Origin: an uncultured Fidelibacterota bacterium
GTDB lineage: Bacteria > Fidelibacterota > Marinisomatia > Marinisomatales > UBA1611
DNA: 40,275 bases
Assembly (NCBI GenBank): GCA_913040915.1
Contig: CAJWHW010000018.1
Span: forward strand, 1 to 40,275
Direction: 5' to 3'
Position 1 is the first letter of the stretch, and every line of letters starts with the position of its first letter. The translations under genes were made by a program, and so were the position numbers. Positions 29,207 to 38,406 of the stretch are shown here, piece after piece. The notes beneath the pieces are model-generated. The model worked only from the letters and a program-made list of their open reading frames with translations, was not told where the DNA came from and did not search any database.

Positions 29207-30189
29207 GCAACAATAAATTAATCGAAGTAAAAAATTTGAAAACGTTTTTTCATACAGAAGCTGGAGTTGCTAAGGCGGTTAATGATGTCAGCTTTGATAT
29301 TTATAAAGGAGAAGTATTGGGCATTGTAGGAGAGTCGGGTTCCGGAAAATCTGTAACATCCTTATCAATTAATCGTCTAATACCTAATCCGCCCGGCGAA
29401 ATCGTAAGCGGTGAAGTGATATACAAAGGCGTGAATTTGTTGGATTTAAGCTACGAAGAAATGAGCCAATACCGTGGTAAGCATATTTCAATGATCTTCC
29501 AGGAGCCAATGACGTCTTTAAACCCCGTTTTGAGAGTCAAAACTCAGATGAATGAAATTCTTATTCATCATGATAAATTAACGGAAGAAGAAGCAACTAA
29601 GAAAAGCATTGAAATACTCAATTCTGTAGGGATCCCGGATCCAGAAATAAGGATCAATGACTATCCACATCAATTCTCTGGTGGTATGAGACAGCGAATC
29701 ATGATCGCAATGGCCTTACAATGTAATCCTGCACTATTAATTGCGGATGAACCAACCACTGCGCTTGATGTAACAATACAGGCGCAAATTTTAGATTTGA
29801 TGATGGACCTTAAAAATAAAAGGGAAGATGCAGCAATATTGCTAATTACTCACGATCTGGCAGTGGTAGCTGAGACATGTGATCGTGTAATTGTAATGTA
29901 TGGCGGTGTGATCCAAGAAATTGCCGATATACATGAATTATTCAATAATCCTGTTCATCCCTATACCAAGGCATTGATGGAATCAATACCTAAAATGAAT
30001 GAAAGTACGAAAAGGCTGAAAGCCTTGAAGGGCATGGTACCATCAATTATTGAAATGGGTGATGGCTGTAAGCTTTGTTCACGATTCGATGCTGATGAAT
30101 GTGCCTGTAGCGGCACCGGCATAGAGCCAGATCTGATTGAGATAAAAGAAAATCATTTTGCACGTGTAAAGCCGGAAATTCTTCAATAA
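29203..30189 (+). CDS. oppD: Oligopeptide ABC ATP-binding protein
   Basis: GESGSGKS, FQEPMTSLNP, YPHQFSGGMRQR, ADEPTTALD and HPYT. Confidence 0.92.
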   Translation: MSNNKLIEVKNLKTFFHTEAGVAKAVNDVSFDIYKGEVLGIVGESGSGKSVTSLSINRLIPNPPGEIVSGEVIYKGVNLLDLSYEEMSQYRGKHISMIFQEPMTSLNPVLRVKTQMNEILIHHDKLTEEEATKKSIEILNSVGIPDPEIRINDYPHQFSGGMRQRIMIAMALQCNPALLIADEPTTALDVTIQAQILDLMMDLKNKREDAAILLITHDLAVVAETCDRVIVMYGGVIQEIADIHELFNNPVHPYTKALMESIPKMNESTKRLKALKGMVPSIIEMGDGCKLCSRFDADECACSGTGIEPDLIEIKENHFARVKPEILQ

Positions 30190-31061
30190 TGAACGAAAGC
30201 AGTCCAATACTAAAAGTAAATGATCTTGTAGTTGATTTTCCAATTTTTGGTGGACTATTGCAGAGAAGAATAGGTGCAGTGCATGCTGTAAAGGGAGTTA
30301 GTTTTGAGCTAATAAAGGGTGAAACTCTAGGCATTGTAGGTGAATCCGGTTCTGGAAAATCTACACTTGGAAATGCAATCTTAAATGTACTTCGCTTAAC
30401 GGCACCAGATGTTAAAATTAAAGGTGAAATATCTATATCAATGGATGGAAGTGAGATAGAACTACTTGGACTCTCAAGGTCGAGCATGAAACCCTATCGA
30501 AAACATATCCAGATGATTTTCCAGGACCCCTATTCGTCTCTAAATCCGCGGATGCTTGTTAAGGATATCATTAGGGAGCCACTCAATATCAATACAAATC
30601 TCTCCGATACAGAAAAGGATGAAAAAGTTGATTGGCTGTTAAATAAAGTTGGTTTATCGGTTGAACAGTCAAACAGGTATCCTCATGAATTTTCTGGCGG
30701 CCAGCGTCAGAGGATTGGCATTGCAAGGTCTTTGGCCACAGATCCGGAAATAATCATAGCTGATGAACCGGTGTCTGCGCTGGATGTGTCCATCCAGGCT
30801 CAGATCATTAACCTGATGATGGATCTACAGGATGAGTTAAATCTTTCCATTATTTTTATTGCGCATGATTTATCCGTTGTAAAACACATTTCTAACCGAG
30901 TCGGGGTTATGTATAATGGTGAACTGGTTGAAATAAACAATACGGATGAAATTTTTAATAATCCACAGCATGATTATACAAAAGAATTATTAATGGCGAT
31001 ACCGCAGCCTGACCCAAAAGGAAGAGAAGAAAGAAAGATTTCTCGTTTAAATTCAAATTAA
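30189..31061 (+). CDS. oppF: Oligopeptide ABC ATP-binding protein (short C-terminus)
   Basis: GESGSGKST, FQDPYSSLNPR, YPHEFSGGQRQRIGIAR and DEPVSALDVSIQAQ. Confidence 0.92.
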   Translation: MNESSPILKVNDLVVDFPIFGGLLQRRIGAVHAVKGVSFELIKGETLGIVGESGSGKSTLGNAILNVLRLTAPDVKIKGEISISMDGSEIELLGLSRSSMKPYRKHIQMIFQDPYSSLNPRMLVKDIIREPLNINTNLSDTEKDEKVDWLLNKVGLSVEQSNRYPHEFSGGQRQRIGIARSLATDPEIIIADEPVSALDVSIQAQIINLMMDLQDELNLSIIFIAHDLSVVKHISNRVGVMYNGELVEINNTDEIFNNPQHDYTKELLMAIPQPDPKGREERKISRLNSN

Positions 31062-31063
31062 AA

Positions 31064-32773
31064 ATGAAAGAAAGGTCTAACATGAAATACAGTGAATATC
31101 CTTATGAAAGAATTAATCTAGATGAAGCAAGGCAGAATATGTCCAGCTGGCTGACAAGGTTTAATAGTGCTGAATCATCGGGTGAGCAAATTGCAGTTTT
31201 GAAGGAAGTGGATGAGTCAAGCCGAGAATATTCTTCCTACCAGGCCATTGCAAGTCTGAACTTTAATAAAAATATTAATGATGATGAAGCGAAGGCCGAA
31301 AAAGAATATTACGATAACATCGGACCTGAATATATGAAAATTCATAATGAATTGGATAAAGCTGTTAATACGTCACAGTTTAAGGAAGAATTGGCCGCAG
31401 AATGGGGCGAAACATTTCTAAAACAAATTGAAATGGATCTGAAAACATTTGACCCTGATATCGTAGAGATGCTCAAAGAAGAAACTGAACTAAGGAATCA
31501 ATACACTCAGAAGATTGGCGGTGCTCAAATAGAGTTTAAAGGTAAAACATATAATTTGGCAGGCTTAGGGCCTTTTCATAAAGATGAAAACAGAGAAGTG
31601 AGAAAAGAATCTTATCAGGCCAGATTTAAATGGTTTGAAGAAAATGGAGAATTTTTTGACGAATTGTATGATAAACTGGTAAAACTTCGCCATAAAATTG
31701 CAACGACTTTAGGCTTTGAAAATTTTGTTGAGCTGGGGTATATGAGAATGAGTCGGTCAGATTATGGTTCCAAAGAAGTTGCCAATTTTAGAAAGCAAAT
31801 TGTTGACCATGTAGTTCCAGTTGTAAAAAAGCTGAACCAACAGCGAAAAGAAATCCTGGGTCTAGATCACCTATATTTCTATGATGGCATCAACTTTAAA
31901 GAAGGGGATCCGACACCAAAAGGAACTCCGGATGAATTGGTAGAACGAGCTCAAAAGATGTACCATGAATTATCTAATGAAACTGGTGAATTCTTTGATA
32001 TCATGGTGAACGAAGATCTCATGGATTTAGTGAACCGGGATGGTAAGATGGCAGGTGGCTTTTGCACCGCATTCCCCAAGTATGAACGTCCGTACATATT
32101 TTCTAATTTTAATGGAACAGATCATGATATAACTGTATTGACGCATGAAGCGGGACACGCATTTCAGTGTTATTCTAGTCGAAAGCAACCTCTGTCCAGT
32201 TATCTATGGCCGACCATGGAATCTGCAGAGATTCACTCTATGAGTATGGAGTTCTTTACCTGGCCCTGGATGAAAGAATTTTTTAAGGAAGAAACAGACC
32301 GTTTCAAATACAAACATATTTCCGGTAGTTTATCTTTTTTACCTTATGGCGCATGCGTAGACCATTTTCAGCACTGGGTGTTTGAAAACCCTGATGCTAC
32401 TCCAAAAGAAAGAAAAGAAAAATGGCTGGAGTTGGAATCCATATACTTGCCTGACAGAGATTATGATGATATAGCCTATGCAAAATCCGGTGGCCTATGG
32501 CAGGGGCAGCTTCACATTTATCAGATGCCATTTTATTACATCGACTATACCTTAGCACAGACCTGCGCGTTTCAGTTTTGGATGAAGAATGAAGAAGACA
32601 GTGAGCAGGCCTGGGAAGATTACTATCGGTTGTGTAAGGCAGGTGGAAGCCTCCCGTTTACGGGATTGGTTGAATTAGCGGGCTTAGAGTTACCTTTCAA
32701 TGATGGCTGTTTAGAAAAAGTGGTGGAAAAAGTGACCAACTGGCTGGATAGTATCGATGTCTCAGCCTTATAA
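31064..32773 (+). CDS. M3 family oligoendopeptidase (PepF-like)
   Basis: GKMAGGFC, PYIFSNFNG, HEAGHAFQ, AEIHSMSME and PFYYIDY; alternative start 31082. Confidence 0.95.
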   Translation: MKERSNMKYSEYPYERINLDEARQNMSSWLTRFNSAESSGEQIAVLKEVDESSREYSSYQAIASLNFNKNINDDEAKAEKEYYDNIGPEYMKIHNELDKAVNTSQFKEELAAEWGETFLKQIEMDLKTFDPDIVEMLKEETELRNQYTQKIGGAQIEFKGKTYNLAGLGPFHKDENREVRKESYQARFKWFEENGEFFDELYDKLVKLRHKIATTLGFENFVELGYMRMSRSDYGSKEVANFRKQIVDHVVPVVKKLNQQRKEILGLDHLYFYDGINFKEGDPTPKGTPDELVERAQKMYHELSNETGEFFDIMVNEDLMDLVNRDGKMAGGFCTAFPKYERPYIFSNFNGTDHDITVLTHEAGHAFQCYSSRKQPLSSYLWPTMESAEIHSMSMEFFTWPWMKEFFKEETDRFKYKHISGSLSFLPYGACVDHFQHWVFENPDATPKERKEKWLELESIYLPDRDYDDIAYAKSGGLWQGQLHIYQMPFYYIDYTLAQTCAFQFWMKNEEDSEQAWEDYYRLCKAGGSLPFTGLVELAGLELPFNDGCLEKVVEKVTNWLDSIDVSAL

Positions 32774-32780
32774 TTGATCT

Positions 32781-33137
32781 ATGAAGAAGATAGGGATAAT
32801 CGCGCTTATGTCTGTTCTTATGGCGGCAGATAATGAACATCTAAATGAATTTGTTACTCATTATTTACTACTAACTCAGAGTAAAATGATGGACAGTCCA
32901 ACAGTCTGGCAGGATGTGCGACAGGGTTATCTCCGCAATGAAGCTATATATTTTTCAGATGTGTTAATGGACAGCATGGAAACAGGGCTATCTTCCTATG
33001 ATGTTGTAGTTAAACATATTTCTAAAGTTGATCAATTAAGGCAGGAAGTCTCAGAAGGTGAAGATTTTGATTATAAGATAATTGTTCCACCGCCACCAAT
33101 GGCGAATGTGAATTATTTCTCTTCTTCTTCCAAGTAA
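32781..33137 (+). CDS. Hypothetical exported protein
   Basis: Signal MKKIGIIALMSVLMA; 7 nt after the M3 gene. Confidence 0.7.
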   Translation: MKKIGIIALMSVLMAADNEHLNEFVTHYLLLTQSKMMDSPTVWQDVRQGYLRNEAIYFSDVLMDSMETGLSSYDVVVKHISKVDQLRQEVSEGEDFDYKIIVPPPPMANVNYFSSSSK

Positions 33138-33346
33138 TCGTTGGGATCGATATCTAATTCTTTAAAAATCATTTTAGCAATTTCTTCAGCTGCTTCATCT
33201 TCTCTAAATCCATCACGCAATAATGCATTGTAAGCATTTTCTAGGACAGTGATGTCCTTTTCATCGGAAAAAATATTATCCAATATGGTTGCAGGGACTT
33301 TGAAATCTCTTAGACGTTCGTATATATTTAAGCGTTCAATATCCAT
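33113..33346 (-). CDS. Small acidic hypothetical protein
   Basis: 77-aa helical-looking ORF filling the gap before the tRNA promoter; 25-nt convergent overlap. Confidence 0.65.
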   Translation of the reverse strand: MDIERLNIYERLRDFKVPATILDNIFSDEKDITVLENAYNALLRDGFREDEAAEEIAKMIFKELDIDPNDYLEEEEK

Positions 33347-33454
33347 GGCTGAAGCTACAGGATAATTTGGAGTGATAAATCAAAAAAGGTAAATTGAAGG
33401 TTGGAATTCATACTGTAAATTCCGTCGCAAATTTTTAAGAAAAATACGATCTAT

Positions 33455-33528
33455 GGCGTCGTACCCAAGTGGCTTAAGGGGGCGGTTTGCAAAACCGTTA
33501 TTCGCCGGTTCGAATCCGGCCGACGCCT
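33455..33528 (+). tRNA. tRNA-Cys(GCA)
   Basis: GGCGTCG...GCGGT-TTGCAAA-ACCGT...GGTTCGAATCC...CGACGCCT cloverleaf. Confidence 0.96.
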
Positions 33529-33537
33529 CATTTAAGT

Positions 33538-33621
33538 GCCCGGGTGGTGGAATTGGTAGACACTATGGACTTAAAATCCATTGTCCGTAAGGACGTGCCG
33601 GTTCGAGTCCGGCCCCGGGTA
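33538..33621 (+). tRNA. tRNA-Leu(TAA)
   Basis: GCCCGGG...ATGGA-CTTAAAA-TCCAT, long variable arm GTCC-GTAA-GGAC, GGTTCGAGTCC...CCCGGGTA. Confidence 0.96.
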
Positions 33622-33628
33622 CTCGTTG

Positions 33629-33658
33629 AGAAACCCCGCATATCGCGGGGTTTCTTTT
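33629..33658 (+). terminator. Intrinsic terminator after tRNA-Leu
   Basis: AGAAACCCCGC-ATATC-GCGGGGTTTCT followed by TTT. Confidence 0.9.
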
Positions 33659-33753
33659 AGGTGTGACCATAGCTACATTTTAATAATATTTAAATTGAAG
33701 AATATTTAATTTTATAAAAATAAATTCTTATTATCAAAAATTTAGTAGTATTT

Positions 33754-36700
33754 GTGATGCTCTTTACATTGTTAAAATCATTAAGTCTTTTCTTTTTTGT
33801 GTTTATCCTGAATGCATCTGATTACTATGTAGCTACCTATGGATCAGATGAAAATCCAGGTACATTTGCACATCCATTTCGAAATATTCAGCGAGCTTCT
33901 GAGATAATGACATCTGGAGATATTTGCTATATAAGGCAAGGTGTTTATCATGAAGTAGTTACTCTTAATGATCAGGATGGAGCAAATGGATCAGAGATTG
34001 TATTTACCAATTTTAATGATGAACGTGTTGCAATGGATGGAACAGTTTCAATCGATTCCGTTTGGCAGGTATATTCGGGAAATATATGGAAAACCACCCT
34101 GGATTTTGACATTTGGCAGTTATTTGTAGATCGAAATGAAATGGTTATGGCCCGATGGCCTAATGCAAATTTTTCAGATGGCTCTATTTGGGATAAGGAA
34201 AATTACTGGGGGCACGGTACCATTGATCAAGATCCTGAAGCTTATGGAAACGGAACGCTTATCGATGAACCGCATGGGAATGTTAATCTTGCAGGAAGTG
34301 GACTAGATATAACGGATGCAATCGCAATTCTGAATGTAGGATCCTTTAAGACCTGGTCTAGAAGAGTATTAACCCACAGCGGCAATACATTTACATATGA
34401 TCCTGTACCTGCTTGGAAGACGAAACATCATGATTACTTTCTTGAAGGGAAACTGGAATTTTTGGATGCGGATAGCGAATGGTTTTTTGATCCTGAAACA
34501 AAAGAACTGTATTTCTGGGCACCCGGTGGAGAAGATCCTAATCACCTTCAGATCCGTGGTAAGGTACAGTCTTATGCATTTGAAGTAACAAATTCAGATT
34601 ATGTGACCATCAAGAATCTAGAATTTTTTGGAACTACATTTAAATTTACCAATAGTGATTATGGTCTCGTTGATGGCTGCAATTTATACTATCCTAGTTC
34701 TTATAAAAGGATGCTTGGAGTTGTGGATACAATACCTGATATGAGTATATTTCTTTCAAGTAGCTATTGTAAAGTGATTCGTTCAGCTTTTAGATATACG
34801 GATGGCGCGGCCCTAGAAATGTATTCAGGTAATAATACGATAGAAGATTGTTATTTTTATCATATTGATTATACAGCAACTGATTTAAATGGTTTAATGA
34901 CTACCATACAGATGGGAGGGGCTGGAAATATTTTTCGTAGAAATACTTTACACAAACTTGGTGCTTCAGCAACATTGAATCCAGGCGATGCAGCACTGAT
35001 AGAATTTAATGATATGTATGATAGTGGATATATGCAAAGTGATGGCTCACTAATACAATGTATGGTTGGACAACAGCCAGGTGTAGAGATAAGATATAAC
35101 TGGCTTCATGATACTATTAAGTATGGTGCTAGGTTTGACGGAAATGGTTCCGGTAATAATGGTTTAATGCATCATAATGTAATTTGGAATGTCCAGGGTG
35201 GAATAATGATCAAGGGCTATGAACATAATCTATATAATAATACGGCTTTTGATAATGGAGATAAGAATGATATAATTGTTATGATTGACCAGGGAGGTAA
35301 TGAAGGGACTATCACTCGTAACAATGCTGCAAATAAAATAGCAGGTCATAGGAGTGGTACCTATGGTGACTATCCTGTTCCAGGAACATATGACCATAAT
35401 TGGAATGGGTATGAGACAGGCGGTGATATTAAAAATCATTTGATAGACCCTGAAAATTATGATTTCCGTCCACACCCTGATTCTTCTTTAGTTGATGCTG
35501 GTATGATAGTAGAAGGTATTACAGATGGATATCTTGGCGAAGCACCTGATATAGGTGCATATGAAAATGGTGGTGAAATGTGGGTTCCTGGTATAACATG
35601 GGATGTGAGTACAATGTTTGGAGATGATTATGTCGCACCAGATCCAATGCACAATGGGCCCGTTTGGCATGTTTCAAATTCAGGGTCAAATAATTATGAT
35701 GGTAGTATAGAAAACCCTTTCGCAACAATTCAGTTTGCCTATGATAGAGCTAATGAAAATGATACTATTTTGGTACACCCTGGTACATTCTATGGTACAA
35801 ATTGGTTCAATGGTAAAAGTGTTGTTCTGGCTTCGCTTTTCATCACAACAAATGATACAGGCTATATAAACAATACAATTATTGATGGGGATAGCTCCAA
35901 TTGTCCGCTAGCGATCGTAGGTAATATTGATTCAACATGCAGGGTCACTGGATTTACAATCCAGAATGGTATAGGATGTGTATACGGTCAAGGAGCAGGA
36001 ATTTATATAGAAGGATCAAGCCCCAGGCTTGACCACCTTGTCGTAAGAGATAATCATGGTGGAACAAATGGTGGTGGTATCTGTTTGAATGGAGGTTCAT
36101 ACTCCGTTATGAATGAGATTACTATTGAAAATAATTCATCAGAGTATGGGGGTGGGATTTACAGTTACTATTCCGAACCAACCATTACAAATTGTACGAT
36201 TAAGAATAACCAGGCTTCCTTGGGTGCAGGGATTTATTTTGCCACATCTAATCCTAATCTAGAATTTGTAAGCATACTAGACAATCATGCAAACAATAAT
36301 GGTGGCGGTATTTATTGTACAGACTATTCAATTCCTACCTTTAATCATATAACAATTGCAAATAATGTTACTAGTAGTGGTGGAGGTATCTATTGTTCAG
36401 TTAATTCTAATCCTACACTGTTAAACTCAATTCTATGGGGTAACTCGCCTGAAGAAATTATTATGTCAACGGGATCCTTAACCGCTACCTATTCAATTAT
36501 AGGAGACGGTTGGGATGGAGAAGGAAATATTGATGCGGACCCACTATTCTGTAACCCGGACAGCGGTGATTATACCTTAGCTGCGAATTCACCTGCACTT
36601 GGTGCCGGAGATGATGGTACAAATATGGGAGCATTTGGTGTTGGTTGTCCCATTCAGGTAGACTGGGATTTTTCACTTAGCGAGCCTGTGATTACAGTAA

Positions 36701-37344
36701 TGGGATCTGATGATCTATGGAATCCGGGAGATACTATCTCTGTTGAAATGGATTTTTGCAACAATACGGATGTGGCACATAATTGGTACCCGGGTGTTAC
36801 GATTGAGTCTGATTCAAGCTTGACTTCCTTACACACTGGTCACGTTTGGTTTTACGCTATGTCTGCGGGTACGTGCCACGAAATAAGCTTTAGTGTTTTT
36901 GCAGATTCATCGATTATTGCTGATACAATTGTCACATTCACAGCTTACCCGGAAGCTTTAAACTGCCAAAATCAGCCTGGGTATTGCATAGATGGTGACA
37001 CTCTCACTTTTGATGTGCCTATTGTTGTCCATGCTGTGTCAAGTAATACCAAACATTTTATACCTCAAGTATTTGCGCTTTATCAAAACTACCCTAATCC
37101 ATTCAACCCAACTACGACCATTGACTATGACTTACCAGAAGATGCATTGGTCAATATTACCCTTTACGATATGATGGGTAAGATTGTAAAGAATCTGGTC
37201 AGTGCTCAGCAAAATGCAGGCTTTCAATCAGTCCGATGGAATTCTACCAATAACAATGGACAGTCAGTTTCAGCGGGGGTTTATTTCTGCAGGATTGAAG
37301 CAGGAGATTTCATGCAAACAAACAAGATGCTACTCATCAAGTAA
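33754..37344 (+). CDS. Secreted multidomain protein: two parallel beta-helix modules, Cys-containing beta module, T9SS-A/FlgD-Ig-like C-terminal domain
   Basis: Signal peptide; YVATYGSDENPGT..PF and WHVSNSGSN..GS.ENPF.TIQ starts; repeated N.....GGGIY turns; C-terminal LYQNYPNPFNPTTTI...GVYFCRI...KMLLIK. Confidence 0.85.
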   Translation: MMLFTLLKSLSLFFFVFILNASDYYVATYGSDENPGTFAHPFRNIQRASEIMTSGDICYIRQGVYHEVVTLNDQDGANGSEIVFTNFNDERVAMDGTVSIDSVWQVYSGNIWKTTLDFDIWQLFVDRNEMVMARWPNANFSDGSIWDKENYWGHGTIDQDPEAYGNGTLIDEPHGNVNLAGSGLDITDAIAILNVGSFKTWSRRVLTHSGNTFTYDPVPAWKTKHHDYFLEGKLEFLDADSEWFFDPETKELYFWAPGGEDPNHLQIRGKVQSYAFEVTNSDYVTIKNLEFFGTTFKFTNSDYGLVDGCNLYYPSSYKRMLGVVDTIPDMSIFLSSSYCKVIRSAFRYTDGAALEMYSGNNTIEDCYFYHIDYTATDLNGLMTTIQMGGAGNIFRRNTLHKLGASATLNPGDAALIEFNDMYDSGYMQSDGSLIQCMVGQQPGVEIRYNWLHDTIKYGARFDGNGSGNNGLMHHNVIWNVQGGIMIKGYEHNLYNNTAFDNGDKNDIIVMIDQGGNEGTITRNNAANKIAGHRSGTYGDYPVPGTYDHNWNGYETGGDIKNHLIDPENYDFRPHPDSSLVDAGMIVEGITDGYLGEAPDIGAYENGGEMWVPGITWDVSTMFGDDYVAPDPMHNGPVWHVSNSGSNNYDGSIENPFATIQFAYDRANENDTILVHPGTFYGTNWFNGKSVVLASLFITTNDTGYINNTIIDGDSSNCPLAIVGNIDSTCRVTGFTIQNGIGCVYGQGAGIYIEGSSPRLDHLVVRDNHGGTNGGGICLNGGSYSVMNEITIENNSSEYGGGIYSYYSEPTITNCTIKNNQASLGAGIYFATSNPNLEFVSILDNHANNNGGGIYCTDYSIPTFNHITIANNVTSSGGGIYCSVNSNPTLLNSILWGNSPEEIIMSTGSLTATYSIIGDGWDGEGNIDADPLFCNPDSGDYTLAANSPALGAGDDGTNMGAFGVGCPIQVDWDFSLSEPVITVMGSDDLWNPGDTISVEMDFCNNTDVAHNWYPGVTIESDSSLTSLHTGHVWFYAMSAGTCHEISFSVFADSSIIADTIVTFTAYPEALNCQNQPGYCIDGDTLTFDVPIVVHAVSSNTKHFIPQVFALYQNYPNPFNPTTTIDYDLPEDALVNITLYDMMGKIVKNLVSAQQNAGFQSVRWNSTNNNGQSVSAGVYFCRIEAGDFMQTNKMLLIK

Positions 37345-37431
37345 GTTAGTTGTAATGATGCTAACTCGCTTGTATATGGGGCAATAGCTTCTTCATGTAG
37401 TCTGGGTGGTAGGGGCCTATAATTTATGTAA

Positions 37432-38031
37432 ATGCAAGAGGAGCTAAACCTAATGGAGCCTAAAGACATCTTAAACCAAGAATTGTCATATATTCAGGAT
37501 GGAGTTAATAATTCAAGCCATGACTTTCATTCTTTTATACTTTCTACAATTCGGGATAATAAACCTGAATCAAGAACTGTTGTTCTAAGGGGATTAAATA
37601 AAAGTGTACCTTATCTCGCATTCCATACTGATTTGAGAAGTCCAAAATTAGGTGATTTAAAAAATAATAATGCTGTAAGTGCCTTATTCTATGATCGGGC
37701 CAGAAAAGTACAGATAAGGGTCAATGGAAATTGTCATATAGAAGATGATGAACGTACAAAAGCTATCTGGGATTCGATGCATATTCATAGTAAGATATGC
37801 TATATGAGTCCCAAAGCTCCATCTTCTATAATAGAGGACCAAACACTGAATAAAATAGAGAAACCAGATTCAGAAATTGATCAGGCAGACTTGGACCTTG
37901 GTTTTGAACGATTCTGCAGAGTTAAGGTTTTTATTGAAAAACTGGACTGGCTATCTCTTAAGCATGATGGGCACCGACGTCTGCAGTTTAATTTTGGTGA
38001 TAATACAAAAATTGATTGGGTGGCAGCGTAA
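37432..38031 (+). CDS. Pyridoxamine 5'-phosphate oxidase-like FMN-binding protein (Alr4036-type)
   Basis: PESRTVVLRG, FHTDLRSPK, LFYD...KVQIR and LDWLSL...HRR. Alternative start 37453 lies behind GAGGAG. Confidence 0.88.
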   Translation: MQEELNLMEPKDILNQELSYIQDGVNNSSHDFHSFILSTIRDNKPESRTVVLRGLNKSVPYLAFHTDLRSPKLGDLKNNNAVSALFYDRARKVQIRVNGNCHIEDDERTKAIWDSMHIHSKICYMSPKAPSSIIEDQTLNKIEKPDSEIDQADLDLGFERFCRVKVFIEKLDWLSLKHDGHRRLQFNFGDNTKIDWVAA

Positions 38032-38406
38032 TTTTCATTAAAAAATCCTAGACGCCTTCGGACTGTTTTATGGACAGCAAGACTAATTTTGTTGGTGGTG
38101 ACTACCTTGAATCATCTTTAGATATATTCCGCTTATTTTCAGTACTATTTATAATTAATGATTATTTAAAGCGATATACCCCATTTACCTAAAACTATAA
38201 ACTCTATTGTAAATTAATATTAATAATGTTATATTTGTTTTCGGTGAGATAAATTTGGGCTAAATACACTTCCTAAAATGTTACATAGTTTAAAGCCAGT
38301 ACACTCCCGATTATTGCTCATTAATCTTTAGTAAAACTTATTATGAAAAGAAGTTTTACTTGACTGCATTTACCTTAATGTGATAACTGTATCAATAGGA
38401 GTTCGC

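Noticed and set aside
38051..38057. GACGCCT matching the tRNA-Cys 3' end as a possible att site
   Set aside because: Only 7 nt, expected by chance, and no integrase is present.
38032..38406. Riboswitch or ncRNA in the longest intergenic region
   Set aside because: AT-rich, with no recognisable aptamer consensus or extended stable stems by eye. An Rfam/Infernal scan would be needed to exclude it.
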